Assembly: GCA_036770725.1 (NCBI GenBank)
Contig: DAIPIP010000001.1
Span: 1-51,134 of the forward strand
Origin: Opitutaceae bacterium
GTDB taxonomy: Bacteria; Verrucomicrobiota; Verrucomicrobiia; Opitutales; Opitutaceae
Direction of reading: 5' to 3'
DNA: 51,134 nucleotides
The notes beneath the pieces are model-generated. The model saw only the letters and a list, made by a program, of their open reading frames with translations, searched no databases and was not told where the DNA came from. Position 1 is the first letter of the stretch. Each line of letters starts with the position of its first letter. Of this stretch, positions 17,312 through 29,300 are shown one piece after another. The position numbers and the translations under genes are program-made.

Positions 17312-18157
17312 CTAGTCCGGCAAACAGGCCCGCGCCGCCCGCGCGCGACGCTCCAACACCGTCACCAACCGGGCATCATCCGCGATCGGATCGCTCATCA
17401 CGGTGGCTAGCCCGACGCGCTCCGCCTCCGCCGCCGCGCAGATTTCCGCGACATCTCCTCCCGGACCGGCGTGCCTTCCGGGCGACAAAAATTGGAGCAG
17501 CACCACCACCTCGCCCGAATCGAAAGGCGGCGTTCGCAGCCGCGCGGCGAGCAAAGGCTCGTTGAACGCAAACTCATCGCCCTCCCTGCGCTCCATCGAG
17601 GCCACCCCCACCGCCTCCGTCTCCTCGCGCAACACCTCCTCCAGCGACGCCCCCAACCGGTTGCGCACCTCCGTGACACTCGCCAACGGCGAGCCATGAT
17701 CGCACAACACCACCTTCGGCTTCGTCCACCCCTTGGCCCTCGCCGCGCGCCGCGCCCGATCCGCCAACACCGCCACCAACTCGATCGGCTCCTCGTCGGG
17801 CAACACCATCGCATTCGCCAAAACCACCCGCGCCCCGGGATGCCGCTCCCGCAGCGCCTCCAACCGCTCCGGCACGTAGTCCACCAAAGCCCCGCTCGGA
17901 CCAAAAAACAACGGCAGCAAAACCGCCCGCCCCCCCGGATTACCTCCCAGCCACGCGTCCAACGCCGGCTCCAGCAACTGCGCCGGCACCCCGTCCAACT
18001 CCGCCGCCGCGATTCGCGTCGAGTGCAGCAACGAGACCGCCCTTACCTCGACCCCCAAAACAGCTTGCAACCGCCCCGCCAAAACCCGCAGGCAGCGGGT
18101 CGCGTCCGGACGAAAGGAACCGTTGTCGAAGAGGAAGCAGGTGAAATCGCCGGACAT
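17312..18157 (-). CDS. CbiX/SirB-like chelatase
   Basis: Two-domain pattern: DNGS.RP, VSLLHS, LPLFFGPS, DHGSP, FLSPGRHAG. Confidence 0.75.
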   Translation of the reverse strand: MSGDFTCFLFDNGSFRPDATRCLRVLAGRLQAVLGVEVRAVSLLHSTRIAAAELDGVPAQLLEPALDAWLGGNPGGRAVLLPLFFGPSGALVDYVPERLEALRERHPGARVVLANAMVLPDEEPIELVAVLADRARRAARAKGWTKPKVVLCDHGSPLASVTEVRNRLGASLEEVLREETEAVGVASMERREGDEFAFNEPLLAARLRTPPFDSGEVVVLLQFLSPGRHAGPGGDVAEICAAAEAERVGLATVMSDPIADDARLVTVLERRARAARACLPD

Positions 18158-18233
18158 GGTTTGAACAGGCGCGCAGCATCCCGAATCTGCTTGAGGACGC
18201 AAGACGCATGGGACTTAACCAAAGCCCACAACT

Positions 18234-18812
18234 ATGACGCACGCTTTCAGCCGCAAGGCCATCTACGTTCTCCTCGCAGCCGCCCTGCTCGTCTCGGTCG
18301 GCTGCCGCAAAAAACCCCGTCGCGACCCGTCCCAGACAGTCATTAGCCAGACCGGACAGCTCAACCCCAACGACGCCGGAGGCTTCGGAGCCGGCTTCAA
18401 CGACGGCGGCATGACCGAATTCGGCAGCACCCTTGAGAATCGTGGCCCTGGCTACTCCGAGACCGACGATATGATCCGCGGCCTCCTTCAACCCGTCTAT
18501 TTCGCCTTTGACCAATCCGCCATCGCCGGTCCCGAGCGCGCCAAGCTCGACGCCGCCAAGGCCTACCTCGACTCCAATCCCCAGTATCGCCTCCTCATCG
18601 AAGGACGCGCCGACTGGCGCGGCACCACCGAATACAACCTCGGCCTCGGCGACCGCCGCGCCAACGCCGCCAAACAATACCTCGTCACCATCGGCGTTCC
18701 GGACACCCGCGTCGAAACCCTCTCCAAGGGCGATCTCGAAGCCACCGAAAACGCCGCCGAGGACGTCATGGCCCAGGATCGTCGCGCCGACCTCGTAATC
18801 CTCAAACGCTAA
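18234..18812 (+). CDS. pal: OmpA-family peptidoglycan-associated lipoprotein (Pal-like)
   Basis: Lipobox SVGC; VYFAFDQS, IEG.AD.RGT.EYN..LG.RRA and DRRA. Confidence 0.85.
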   Translation: MTHAFSRKAIYVLLAAALLVSVGCRKKPRRDPSQTVISQTGQLNPNDAGGFGAGFNDGGMTEFGSTLENRGPGYSETDDMIRGLLQPVYFAFDQSAIAGPERAKLDAAKAYLDSNPQYRLLIEGRADWRGTTEYNLGLGDRRANAAKQYLVTIGVPDTRVETLSKGDLEATENAAEDVMAQDRRADLVILKR

Positions 18813-18839
18813 CCCTCCCCGCGCTTCCCGCGCGTATCC

Positions 18840-18877
18840 AAAAAAGCCCGACACCGTCCCCGGTGCCGGGTTTTTTT
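18840..18877. terminator. Intrinsic terminator, possibly bidirectional
   Basis: A6-gcccgacaccg-tccc-cggtgccggg-T7. Confidence 0.85.
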
Positions 18878-19027
18878 GTGTCACGCCGCGTCGTCACCTT
18901 CCACCCGCGGCGCTTCGCGTCCTCGCCTCTCGGGGCTCCGATCCTCAAACCGCCGTCACTCAAACGTGACGGTCCCGCGCTCGCCGACCACGACTTTTGA
19001 TGGCACAGCACCACCCTCAACCGTTCC

Positions 19028-20287
19028 ATGCGCATCGTCCTCACCTCCCACGGCTCCACCGGCGACATCTACCCCGTCATCGCTCTGGCGGTCGCGCTCC
19101 AACAACGAGGCCATGCCGTTAAATTCGCCACCATCCCGAACTACCGCGACGAGATCGAGGCCGCCGGCGTGGAGTTTCACGCCCTGTGCCCCGACTGGGA
19201 ACAGGCCGACCTCGCCTACTGGATGGGGCGTCTCAACAAAATCCGAAACCCCGTCCACCAGCTCCGCGAAATCTACGTCGGGGCCAAGTCCTACATCCCC
19301 GAAATGATCGCGCGCATGGACGCCATCATGCCCGAAACCGATCTGCTCGTTTCCAGCTACCTCTTCCCCATGAACAAGGGCATCGCCGACCGTCACGGCG
19401 TGCCCTTCGCCACCCTCGCGTTCGCCCCCCACGTCATCCCCTCCCCCGACTTTCCGCCCGAGCATTTCCCCGCCCCGCACTGGCTCGGCCGCGCCGCCCG
19501 CCGCGCCTGGAACCGCTGGCTCTGGAAAACCGCCAACGCCGTTGTCGATCGCACCATCAACACTTCCATCGCCGACGCGCTCCGTCGCGCCGGCCTGCCC
19601 AAGGTGCGCAACTTTTTCTCCAAACCCGCCGAGCGCGTTCTCGTCACCGTGCCCGAAAACCTTTTCCGCGTCCCGGGCGCGGAGATCGACGACCGTTTCC
19701 GCTACGTCGGCTACCTGCGCTGGCAGTCCGCCCCGGACGAGGAACTCGACGCGGAGGTGCGCGACTTCGTTTCCGATGTTCCCGGCGGCAAGGTCCCCGT
19801 GCTCACCTTCGGCAGCATGGTTTACGAAAACTCCGGCGCCTGGATGGAGCGCTTCATCCGCTCCTGGCCGCGCGAACGGAAAATCATCGTGCAACGCGGC
19901 TGGGCCCAGTTCCCCCGCTTCGGCGACGCCGACCACATCAAGATCGTGGGCAAGGTCTCGCACGACCGCCTCTTCCGCCACGCCTCCGCCATCATCCACC
20001 ACGGCGGAGCCGGCACCACCGCCAGCGCGCTCCACGCCGGAGCGCCCCAGATCGTCGTGCCCCACATCGGCGACCAAAATTTCTTCGGCTCCGAGGTCGA
20101 GCGCTTCGGCTGCGGCTTCCGCCTCAAAAAGAATGTATGGCCGGAGCAACTACACATCGCGCTCGACCGCCTGCTCGCCGACCCGGCCAAAGCCCGCCGC
20201 GCCGCCGAGGTCGCCGAGGATCTGCGCCGCCAGGACGGCCCGGCCGCCGCCGTGCGCGAGCTGGAAGCCTTCGTCGCCAAAAAATAG
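19028..20287 (+). CDS. GT1-family glycosyltransferase
   Basis: GSTGDIYP.IALA, TFGSM and IIHHGGAGTT...L.AG.PQIVVP..GDQ. Confidence 0.92.
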   Translation: MRIVLTSHGSTGDIYPVIALAVALQQRGHAVKFATIPNYRDEIEAAGVEFHALCPDWEQADLAYWMGRLNKIRNPVHQLREIYVGAKSYIPEMIARMDAIMPETDLLVSSYLFPMNKGIADRHGVPFATLAFAPHVIPSPDFPPEHFPAPHWLGRAARRAWNRWLWKTANAVVDRTINTSIADALRRAGLPKVRNFFSKPAERVLVTVPENLFRVPGAEIDDRFRYVGYLRWQSAPDEELDAEVRDFVSDVPGGKVPVLTFGSMVYENSGAWMERFIRSWPRERKIIVQRGWAQFPRFGDADHIKIVGKVSHDRLFRHASAIIHHGGAGTTASALHAGAPQIVVPHIGDQNFFGSEVERFGCGFRLKKNVWPEQLHIALDRLLADPAKARRAAEVAEDLRRQDGPAAAVRELEAFVAKK

Positions 20288-20363
20288 CGGCGGCATCCTG
20301 CCGCCGTCTCCCTTTCGCCGTTTCGGGTTGCCCGACCGCGCATTCTTTCGCGCCCTTGTCGGC

Positions 20364-20492
20364 ATGTCGAAATACGTCCAGTCCAAGAAAGACCTGAAGT
20401 TCAACCAAGCCTTCCACGCCAAGCAGGCCGGCTACCCGCTCGGCACGAAAAAACTCTCCGGCCCCAAGGCCGTGAAGAAAAAGACCAAGTAA
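20364..20492 (+). CDS. Small Lys-rich protein (42 aa)
   Basis: MSKYVQSKKDLKFNQAFHAKQAGYPLGTKKLSGPKAVKKKTK; genome-like codon bias; fills the intergenic gap. Confidence 0.7.
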   Translation: MSKYVQSKKDLKFNQAFHAKQAGYPLGTKKLSGPKAVKKKTK

Positions 20493-20513
20493 GCGCCGCC
20501 CGTCCTCGCCGCC

Positions 20514-21362
20514 ATGCCCGAGACCGCGCCCGAGATCGTCAACTACTCCGCCTACCGGTTCACCCCGTTCTCGGCCGAGGAACTCGTGCCGCTGCGCGAC
20601 CGCCTGCGCGTCATCACCGCCAAACTCGGCCTGCGCGGCACCATCCTGCTCGCCACCGAGGGCGTAAATCTTTTCGTGGCCGGCCCCCGCCCCGCCGCCG
20701 AGACGCTCCTCGCCGAACTCCGCGCCCTGCCCGGTCTCGCGGACCTCGCCCCGAAGGAAAGCCTCTCCGCCGCCCGCCCCTTCAACCGCATGCTGGTGAA
20801 GATCAAAAAAGAGATCATCGCCTTCGGCGTGGACGGCATCGACCCCTCGCGCTCCCCCGCCCCGCGCCTCGACCCGCGCACGCTCAAACAGTGGCTCGAC
20901 GAAGGCCGCCCCATCACCCTGCTCGACACCCGCAACGACTACGAGGTCAAGCTCGGCACCTTTGAAAACGCCCTCGTTCCGCATATCGACCACTTCCGCG
21001 ATTTCCCCGCCGCCGTCGCCAAGCTGCCCGACGAGTTGAAAAGCCGCCCCGTAGTCACCTTCTGCACCGGCGGCATTCGCTGCGAAAAAGCCGCCCCCCT
21101 GCTCCTCCGCGAGGGCTTCGAGCAAATCTTCCAACTCGATGGCGGCATCCTCAAATACTTCGAGGAATGCGGCGGCGCGCACTACCGGGGCGACTGCTTC
21201 GTCTTCGACCGCCGCGTCGGCGTGGACCCCCGATTGCGCGAGACGGATGCCGTGCTCTGTTTCAATTGCCAGATGCCCCTCACCGCCGCCGAGCAAAAGG
21301 ACCCGCGCTACGTGCCCGACGTCTCGTGCCCGAATTGTGCCGCCGCCACCGAAGGCACATAA
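20514..21362 (+). CDS. trhO: Rhodanese-domain TrhO/YceA (UPF0176) tRNA uridine-34 hydroxylase family
   Basis: [46 protein letters not shown] and C-terminal Cys pairs. Confidence 0.85.
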   Translation: MPETAPEIVNYSAYRFTPFSAEELVPLRDRLRVITAKLGLRGTILLATEGVNLFVAGPRPAAETLLAELRALPGLADLAPKESLSAARPFNRMLVKIKKEIIAFGVDGIDPSRSPAPRLDPRTLKQWLDEGRPITLLDTRNDYEVKLGTFENALVPHIDHFRDFPAAVAKLPDELKSRPVVTFCTGGIRCEKAAPLLLREGFEQIFQLDGGILKYFEECGGAHYRGDCFVFDRRVGVDPRLRETDAVLCFNCQMPLTAAEQKDPRYVPDVSCPNCAAATEGT

Positions 21363-23866
21363 CGCCCGACCATCTCACGCAGCACCTGAATCTGCACCGG
21401 TTTCGCTAGGTAATCATCCATCCCGACCGAGAGGCAACGCTCCCGATCACCGATGACCGCGTTCGCCGTCATCGCCACGATCGGCACCTGAGGATTAACC
21501 GCCCCGGTGGCCGGATCGCGGATCAACTCGGTCGCCCGATAGCCGTCCATCTCCGGCATCTGGCAATCCATGAAAATCAGGTCGTAGGCGTTTTTCACCG
21601 TCGCCTCCACGCCCAGCTTCCCGTTTTCCGCCACGTCCACGTTCTTCAGCCCGAGCTTCGCCAACAACGCCCGCGCCACCCGCTGGTTTATCGGATTGTC
21701 CTCCACCACGAGCACCCTTGGCCCGGAGCTTCCGTCCGCCGGTGTAGTTAAAAGTCCACTACGCGAGTCCGCTCCGCCGCCGTCCGCCGCCGCCCTGGTC
21801 GGTCTGGATTGCGATCCGGAGCCATGCCGCCCGAGCAAGGCCGCCAGCAGGCGCTCGCCGTGAACCGGCCGGGTGATCGCGACCAGGCCGGACGGAACGG
21901 ACTCCGTCGGCCGGTTCAGCGCCGTCAGCAGCGCGCCTCGCGTGGGTGCAAAAACGTCGCCCTCTCGCGAGATCCTCTCGCCCTCGTCCCCAAGCAGCCG
22001 CCCGTCCACCACCAGCAGCGACGCGCTTGCGAACTCGTCGGCCCAAACCGGCTTGGTATCCGCGCCATACCACACGCTCGGTATGCAGCCCCACGTCGCC
22101 ACCAACCACGCGAGGGCATCCGCCTGATCGCGACTGCCGGTGAGGATTCGCACCGCGCGCCCGGCCAGCTCCGGCACGGGCTTCGTCTGTTCCATGGCCG
22201 CCAACCGCACCGTGAACCAAAAACACGAGCCTTGGCCGGGGGTGCTCTCGACCGCGATTTCGCCGCCCATCAAAGACACCAGCTGTCGGCAGATCGCCAG
22301 ACCCAGACCGGTGCCGCCGTATTTGCGCGTGTTGGAACCGTCGATCTGGGTGAAGGGGGAAAACAGGTTGCCGATACGCTCCGGCTCGATGCCGATGCCC
22401 GAGTCGCTCACCTCGAACCGCAGCGTGTCCTCAGGAGCGTCCTCGCCCGGCGGCAAAACGCGCACCGCGATCGTTCCGCGGTCGGTAAACTTCACCGCAT
22501 TGCCCGCGAGGTTGACCAGTATCTGCTTCAAACGCCCGGGATCGCCTCTCAACCGCGCGGGCACGCGCGGATGCACCGAGCACACCAGCTCCAATTGCTT
22601 CTCCTCCGCCCGCCAAGCCACCACGTCCAAAGTGGATTCCAACAACTCGCGCACATTGAACTCCACCTGCTCGAGTTCCAGTTTACCCGCCTCGATCTTC
22701 GAGAAATCGAGAATCTCCTCGATCAGGTGCAACAGCGAGGTGCCGCTGGAACGCACCACCTCCGCGTAGCCGCGCTGATCCTTGTCGAGCTTCGACTCGA
22801 GCAGCAGACCAACCATGCCGATGACACCGTTGAGCGGAGTCCGGATCTCATGGCTCATCGTCGCCAGAAACGCGCTCTTCGCCCGGCTCGCCGCCTCCGC
22901 CTGCTCCGCCAGTTCACGCTGCCTCGTGATCGCCGCCTCCAGGCTCCGGTTGCTCGCCTCCGCCGCGCGAGTCGAATTCAACAAGGCCAGCTCGGCATCC
23001 TTGCGCGCCCCGATATCGCGACTGATCGCGACGTAGTGATAGCCGTCGTTCGACTGATTCGTCGCACGCGCGATGGAAAATTCAAACCACCGGGTCCGCC
23101 CCCCGAGATCGTAAGGATGTTCGTGCAGCGCGGACACGCCCCGCGCATCCGCCTCGGCCATGGCCTGTTCCACCATGTCGGCGACCGCCGGCGGCGTCAT
23201 CTCCCGCACCGTTCTGCCCACCAGCATATCCGGCGGCCCCGCCAGATCGGCCGCGTTCCGCGCATGGACCGATAGATAGCGACCTTCCGCATCCAGCTCG
23301 AAAAGAATGTCCGGCACCGCCTGCAAAATGGACCCCAACCGATCACGCGTGCGCCGAATCTCATCCTCCCTCAGCTTCGAGGAGGTGATGTCCATGATGT
23401 GCCCGTGCCAAAGCACGGAGCCGTCGCGTTCGCACACCGGATTCGAGTGCCCAAGCAGCCAGCGCACCTCGCCGTCGGCATATCGCACCCGATACTCCAT
23501 CTTCAGCGGCTTTAGCGTCTTGGCCGATTCAATCACCAAGGCCTTCACCCGCTCCCGATCCTCCGGGTGCAGATACTGGTCGATCACGCTCGCATCCGTT
23601 TTCACCTCTTCCGGACTCACCCGGTAAATTTCCCGAATCCCGTCGCTCGCATAAGGAAAGCTCACCGTCCCGTTCGGTCGCAGGCGGTAACGAAAGATCA
23701 TCCCGGGCACCAAGTCCGCGATATTCACCAGATCTCCCCCGACTTGACCCGTCCCGCGTCCGCCTTTTGATCCCAGCGCGTTGCCCAAGGCCTGAAACCC
23801 TTTTGACAACACTTTTAAGAACTCACGCATGTGTGCCACAAAAAGGCCCCGTCGAGCGGGATTCAA
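21308..23866 (-). CDS. Hybrid sensor histidine kinase (PAS-PAS-HisKA-HATPase-degenerate REC-REC)
   Basis: [43 protein letters not shown] and [10 protein letters not shown]; overlaps the trhO 3' end. Confidence 0.93.
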   Translation of the reverse strand: MNPARRGLFVAHMREFLKVLSKGFQALGNALGSKGGRGTGQVGGDLVNIADLVPGMIFRYRLRPNGTVSFPYASDGIREIYRVSPEEVKTDASVIDQYLHPEDRERVKALVIESAKTLKPLKMEYRVRYADGEVRWLLGHSNPVCERDGSVLWHGHIMDITSSKLREDEIRRTRDRLGSILQAVPDILFELDAEGRYLSVHARNAADLAGPPDMLVGRTVREMTPPAVADMVEQAMAEADARGVSALHEHPYDLGGRTRWFEFSIARATNQSNDGYHYVAISRDIGARKDAELALLNSTRAAEASNRSLEAAITRQRELAEQAEAASRAKSAFLATMSHEIRTPLNGVIGMVGLLLESKLDKDQRGYAEVVRSSGTSLLHLIEEILDFSKIEAGKLELEQVEFNVRELLESTLDVVAWRAEEKQLELVCSVHPRVPARLRGDPGRLKQILVNLAGNAVKFTDRGTIAVRVLPPGEDAPEDTLRFEVSDSGIGIEPERIGNLFSPFTQIDGSNTRKYGGTGLGLAICRQLVSLMGGEIAVESTPGQGSCFWFTVRLAAMEQTKPVPELAGRAVRILTGSRDQADALAWLVATWGCIPSVWYGADTKPVWADEFASASLLVVDGRLLGDEGERISREGDVFAPTRGALLTALNRPTESVPSGLVAITRPVHGERLLAALLGRHGSGSQSRPTRAAADGGGADSRSGLLTTPADGSSGPRVLVVEDNPINQRVARALLAKLGLKNVDVAENGKLGVEATVKNAYDLIFMDCQMPEMDGYRATELIRDPATGAVNPQVPIVAMTANAVIGDRERCLSVGMDDYLAKPVQIQVLREMVGRYVPSVAAAQFGHETSGT

Positions 23867-23946
23867 CCACCGTATCCAAGTTTAGGTTGATAACCTCGCG
23901 GTTGCCCGATTTGCCAGCGCCCTGCATTTGGCCGACATGCCATCAG

Positions 23947-25326
23947 TCAGAGTCCACCATCCGCCAGGGTCTCCAAAATCCGCTCCGACGCCATCATCCC
24001 TTTCGCCATCACGTCCAAATTAAAACTCTCGTTCGGCGCGTGCAGATTGTCCTCGGGCAGGAACAAACCGATCATCACGGAATCGAGACCCGTCACCCGT
24101 TTGATGTCGGCGATGATCGGCACGCTGCCGCCTTCGCGAAGATAAAGCGGAGGCTTGCCGAAAATCTCGGCGATGGCCGCATCCGCCGCGCGAAACACGC
24201 TGGCCAGCACCGGCGACTGATCCCTGGGCGTGTTGGAGCGATCCGGCGGCACCACCACGTAGGGCATGCCCGTGTGCTGGTCCAGGATCTCGAAGGTCAC
24301 GTCCTTTGGCATGCGTTCCCGAATCGCGGCGTAGAGCAACTCGCGGATCTTTTCCGGAGTCTGGTTGGCCACCAGTCGGCAGCTTATTTTCACGAAGGCT
24401 TTGCTCGGGATCACGGTCTTGCTTCCCTCGCCTTGGTAGCCTCCGCCGATGCCGTTGAACTCCAGCGTGGGCAGCACCCGAATCGCCTCGAAGGGCGTGT
24501 AGCCGGGCGGCGTGTGAAACGCCGGGATGCCGAGAAATTTTCGATATTCCTCCGCGTCCGCGCCGAGCCCCGCGATCTGCTCGCGCTCCCAAGTCTCGAC
24601 CGGCATCACGTCGTCGTAAAAACCGTCGATGTTCACCCGACCGTCCGGCGTGTGCAGCGAAGCACACAGCTCCGTGATCGCCTGGATCGGATTGCGCAGC
24701 ACCCCGCCGTGCAAACCGGAATGCAGATCGCCCTTCGCCCCCGTCACCACCACGTCGCACAAGACGAGTCCGCGCAGCCCGCACGTGATCACCACCTGGT
24801 CTTCGCGCGGCAACAAAGTGTCGGACAAATAAACCAAATCCGCCTCGCGCAGCCGGTCCCCGTGCGTCTCCAAAAACCGCCCGAAACTCGGACTGCCCAT
24901 CTCCTCCTCGCCCTCGATGAGAAAGGTGATCCGCAGCGGAAGATCAGGCCTGCGCTCCAACAGTTTCGCCACCGCCGCGATGTGGACCATCAGCGGCCCC
25001 TTGTTGTCCGCCGCCCCGCGACCGTAGAGGCGATTGCCCCGGATCTCCGGCTCGAAGGCGGGGCTGTCCCAAAGATTCAGCGGGTCGGCCGGCTGCACGT
25101 CGTAGTGGCCGTAAATGACCACATGCGGCCACTCGGGCCTGCCGCCTCGCGAAGCGAGGATGATCGGGTGCAAGTCGGTCTTCACCACTTCCACCGCGAA
25201 GCCGATCGACTCCAACAGTCCGGAGGCGAAGTCGAGCGCGCCCTTCATGCCCGCCTTGAACGCGGGGTCGGCGGAAACGCTCGGCTGGCGGATAAACTCT
25301 TTCAGGGCTTCGACGGGATCAAACAT
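23947..25326 (-). CDS. M20/M25/M40 metallopeptidase (dipeptidase-like)
   Basis: YGHYDVQP, GRGAADNKG, EGEEEMGS, DLHSG and HAPNE. Confidence 0.92.
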   Translation of the reverse strand: MFDPVEALKEFIRQPSVSADPAFKAGMKGALDFASGLLESIGFAVEVVKTDLHPIILASRGGRPEWPHVVIYGHYDVQPADPLNLWDSPAFEPEIRGNRLYGRGAADNKGPLMVHIAAVAKLLERRPDLPLRITFLIEGEEEMGSPSFGRFLETHGDRLREADLVYLSDTLLPREDQVVITCGLRGLVLCDVVVTGAKGDLHSGLHGGVLRNPIQAITELCASLHTPDGRVNIDGFYDDVMPVETWEREQIAGLGADAEEYRKFLGIPAFHTPPGYTPFEAIRVLPTLEFNGIGGGYQGEGSKTVIPSKAFVKISCRLVANQTPEKIRELLYAAIRERMPKDVTFEILDQHTGMPYVVVPPDRSNTPRDQSPVLASVFRAADAAIAEIFGKPPLYLREGGSVPIIADIKRVTGLDSVMIGLFLPEDNLHAPNESFNLDVMAKGMMASERILETLADGGL

Positions 25327-25375
25327 GCGGAAAAACAGATTGTAGTTAAAAAAACGGATACTCATCACGCGCCGA

Positions 25376-26308
25376 TCAACGGCCCAGGAACCGGTCCAGT
25401 TCCTCGCGCTCGCTCGCCGCGCTTTTCGCGGGCGCGGGCGCGGGCGCCGCGGGCGCGGTTGTCGTGTTGGCGGTCGGCGCGGCATTGGCCGTCCGTCTCA
25501 CCGGAGCCGGCGCGCCACCCGCCGCGAGCGTTGCCTTCGCCTGCTCATAAATCGGCATGTATTGGGGCGCGAGCCGCCGCAGGTTTTCGATGCGCTCCGC
25601 CGAGGGCGGATGCGTGGAGAGAAACTTGGGCGGGCGGGAACCCGTTTCATTCGCGGCCATCTTGCTCCAAAACGTCACCGCCGCGCGTGGATCGTAGCCC
25701 GCACGCGCCGCGAAACCCAGGCCGACGACATCCGCCTCCGCCTCGTGACTTCGCGAATAGGCCAGGGTGCCGAGCGTGCTGCCCAAGCCGTAGGCAAGCA
25801 TGTAGTAATCGGTGTTCTTGTCGTTGCGCGTGCCGACGCCGAGGGCGACGCCGCCCAGTCCGATCAACATCGCCTGGGATTGTCTCTCCGCCCCGTGCCG
25901 ACTCGTCACGTGGGCCACCTCGTGCCCCATCACGATGGCGATCTCGTCGTCGCTATCCGCCAGGTTTATGAGCCCCGTGTAGAAACCGACCTTGCCGCCC
26001 GGCAGCGCGAAAGCGTTCACCTGATCGGAATCAAAAACCACAAACTCCCACTGCGCCTCGGGCAGATCCCGGCCGACCGCGGCGGCCACGCGTTTGCCGA
26101 TGCGCTGTATGCGGGCGTTCACCGCCGGATCGGTGGAGATTCTTTCCTGCTGCTTTATCTGAGTAAACGCCTGCACCCCCATTCGCGCCTCTTCCGAGGC
26201 CGACATAAGGATGAGCTGGGAACGACCGGTTTCCTGCACCGTGGTGCAGGCGGACAGGAAAAGCAGGCTGGCTGCGGCGACGAACAACGCGAGGAGGCGA
26301 CGTTTCAT
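25376..26308 (-). CDS. M48 family metallopeptidase lipoprotein
   Basis: Lipobox LSAC, NAFALPGG, GHEVAH, YSR.HE.EAD and STHP. Confidence 0.93.
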   Translation of the reverse strand: MKRRLLALFVAAASLLFLSACTTVQETGRSQLILMSASEEARMGVQAFTQIKQQERISTDPAVNARIQRIGKRVAAAVGRDLPEAQWEFVVFDSDQVNAFALPGGKVGFYTGLINLADSDDEIAIVMGHEVAHVTSRHGAERQSQAMLIGLGGVALGVGTRNDKNTDYYMLAYGLGSTLGTLAYSRSHEAEADVVGLGFAARAGYDPRAAVTFWSKMAANETGSRPPKFLSTHPPSAERIENLRRLAPQYMPIYEQAKATLAAGGAPAPVRRTANAAPTANTTTAPAAPAPAPAKSAASEREELDRFLGR

Positions 26309-26350
26309 TTGCCGGAGGATGCGGGTCGCCCGCGCCGCCGCAACCACGCA

Positions 26351-29300
26351 TCACACGCCGGCCGTTTCACGTTCCGCTTTCTCCACCTCGTGTCCGATCT
26401 CGGCCGCCCGCTTCAGCCCGCGCGCGCTGCCGTGGCCGGTCAGGGAGACGCTGGCCTTGTCCATCAGGATATAGACCATCGGAATAACGAAAAGGGTAAT
26501 AAGCGTCGAAAGCGCCAACCCCCCCACGATCACGACGCCGAGCGGATTCCTCGACTCCGCACCGGCCCCGCTGGCCACCGCCAAAGGCAGAGCGCCTAGT
26601 ATGGTGGAAATCGACGTCATCAGAATGGGCCGAAACCGCAGCGTGGCCGCATCGAAGGCCGCCCGCGCCGCATCACGACCTTCGAGTTGAAGCTGGTTCG
26701 CGAACTCCACGATCAAAATCCCGTTCTTCGCCACCAACCCGATCAACAAGATCAGCCCGAAGCGGGAGAACAAATTGTCCGTCATCGGCGCGCCCCAAAA
26801 CCGGCTCAGGTAGAGCACCAGCACGCCTCCCGCGATGGCCACGGCCACGCCGGAAAAAATCGTGACCGGATGTATCCACGATTCGAATTGAGCCGCGAGC
26901 ACGAGAAACGTGAAGAGCAGCGCGAGCGCGAAAAGCACCCACGCGTCGCTCGCGCTCTCGATAAACTCCCTCGTCTCGCCTTCCCAGGCGGTGCGAATGT
27001 TGTCGGGCAAAATACGCTCCGCCACGGCTTCGAAAGCCGCCACGCCGTCGCCCTGCGTGCGCCCTTCCGCAAGCTGGCCGCTGATGGTGATGGAGCGCTG
27101 CCGGTCCAGATGAGGAAACCCCTCGGGCACCGATGTCTCCCGCAAATCGACCAGGCTGCTCAACTGCACGAGTTGATCGCCCGCCCCCCGCACGTAGATT
27201 GCCGCGAGATCCGAGGGTTGCGCACGGGCCGAATCGACCACTTGCACAATCACGTCATACTCTTCCGCCGCCCGCCGAAAACGCGTCACGGTGCGGCCGC
27301 CCAGAAGCGACTCCAGGGTCGCCGCGATGTTTGCCACCGGCACGCCCAGATCCGCCGCCCGCGCGCGATCAATGCTCACGTCCAGCTGGGGTTTGTTGGG
27401 CTGGGGCTCGATGCGAATCTGGCCGATCACGTCGTTTGTCCGAAGCTCCTGCTCGAACCGATCCGCCATCGCCCTAAGCTCGGCGTAGTCCGACCCCTGC
27501 AACACCATCTGCACGCCTCCCGAGCCGCTGCGCCGGCCGCCCAACGGCCGCACCGGCGAGACGATCATCAGGCCGCCGGTATTGTCCCGCAGCTTGCTTC
27601 TCAGCTCGGCGATTACCTCCTGCGTCGAGCGCTCCCGATCCTCCCAAAGTTTCAACGAAACGAACGCGAAACCACGATTGGCCCCGCCGCCGAATCCGCC
27701 CCCCGTGCTGCGAAACCAGCGATCCACCTCGGGCGTTTCCGCCAGCACTTTTTCCACCTCGCTGGCGTAGGAGGTCGCGTAAACCGGGCTCGATCCCAAG
27801 GGGAAATTCATGATCAAACGGAACAACCCGCGATCCTCCTCCGGCGTCAGCTCCCGCTGAAGCTGCGTGTAGGTAAACATGCCGCCGACCGTGAAGATCA
27901 AGGTCACGCCCAACACCAGCACCTGCTGGCCCAGCGCGCGCTTCAACAGGCGAGAAAACCGCTCGTTCAACCACTCGAAAGCGGGCTCTGTTTTCCGATA
28001 AAGCCATCCATGCGTGGCCCGCCCCGATTCGTCGCGCCGCAGCTTGAGCATCCGCGAGCACAACATCGGCGTCAAAGTCAGCGCGATCAGGCTCGAGCAC
28101 CCGACCGCCAGTGCGAGCGTGATGCCGAACTCGAAAAACAGCCGGCCCGCGCTGCCCTTTTGAAACGCCACCGGAACGAAAACCGCGATCAACACCAGCG
28201 TGGTCGCGATCACCGCGAAAGCCATCTGCCGCGCGCCGAACACCGCCGCCCGCACCGGCTCCTCCCCGTCCTCGATCCGGCGGTAAACGTTTTCCAACAT
28301 CACGATCGCATCGTCCACCACCAGCCCCACCGCGAGCACCAGCGCCAGCAGGGTCAGCAGGTTGATACTGAAGCCAAACCACGACATCGCCGCGAAGGCC
28401 CCGAGCAGCGAAACCGGAATCGCGACCAACGGCACCATCGTGGCCCGCCAGTCCCGCAGGAACACGAAGATCGTCAGCACCACCAACACGCCGGCCTGCA
28501 GAAGCGTGAACTGAACTTCGCGCACCGAACGCTCGACGAACACGCTCGTGTCGTAGGCCACATCCACGTTCACGTCCGCCGGCAGGTTCCGCTTGATCTC
28601 CGGCACCAGGTCCTTCACCGCGCCGGCCACGTTGAGCAAATTCGCCTGCGATTGCCTAAGCACCCGCACCCCGATCGTGTTGCGCCCGCTAAAACGGTTG
28701 TCGCGCCGGTAGTCGTCCGAACCCAGCTCCACCCGCCCCACATCACGAAACTTCACCTGGTGCGCGCCGCGCGTCGCCAGCACCAGATTCTCAAAATCGG
28801 ACACCTCGACCAGCCGCCCGTCCAACCGCACCGGAAACTCCCGGGTGCGGGATTCGATTCGCCCGCTCGGCACGTCCACATTCTGCGCGCGCAACGCCGC
28901 CTCCACGTCGGAGATGGTCAACCCCTGCGCCGCCAGCCGGTCCGCATCCACCCAAAGGCGCATCGCGAAACGCGGCCCGCGCAGCTCCACCGCCGACACG
29001 CCGGGCACCGTTTGCAAACGCTGCACCGCGATGCGATCCGCCATCTCCGCCAGCTCCAGCCGCGAATACGTGGGCGAGTTGAACGACAAAACCAAAATGG
29101 GATCGTCGTCCGCATCCGCCTTCGAGACTTCCGGAGGGTCCACCTCGTCGGGCAGGCTTTCCAGCGCCCGCCCCACCCGGTCCCGCACGTCGTTCGCCGC
29201 GGAATCGACGTCGCGATCAAGGGTAAATTCGAGCGTGATCCGCGAGCGTTCCTCCGTGGAGTCCGAACGCATCAGGCGCACGCCGTCGATCGCGCTGAGC

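Noticed and set aside
18953..18972. Hairpin ccgtcac-tcaaac-gtgacgg upstream of the glycosyltransferase
   Set aside because: A lone 7-bp stem with no partner copy in the window; may be a degenerate REP but is unsupported
21308..21362. 55-bp convergent overlap of trhO and the histidine kinase
   Set aside because: Involves only low-information C-terminal tails; common in GC-rich genomes
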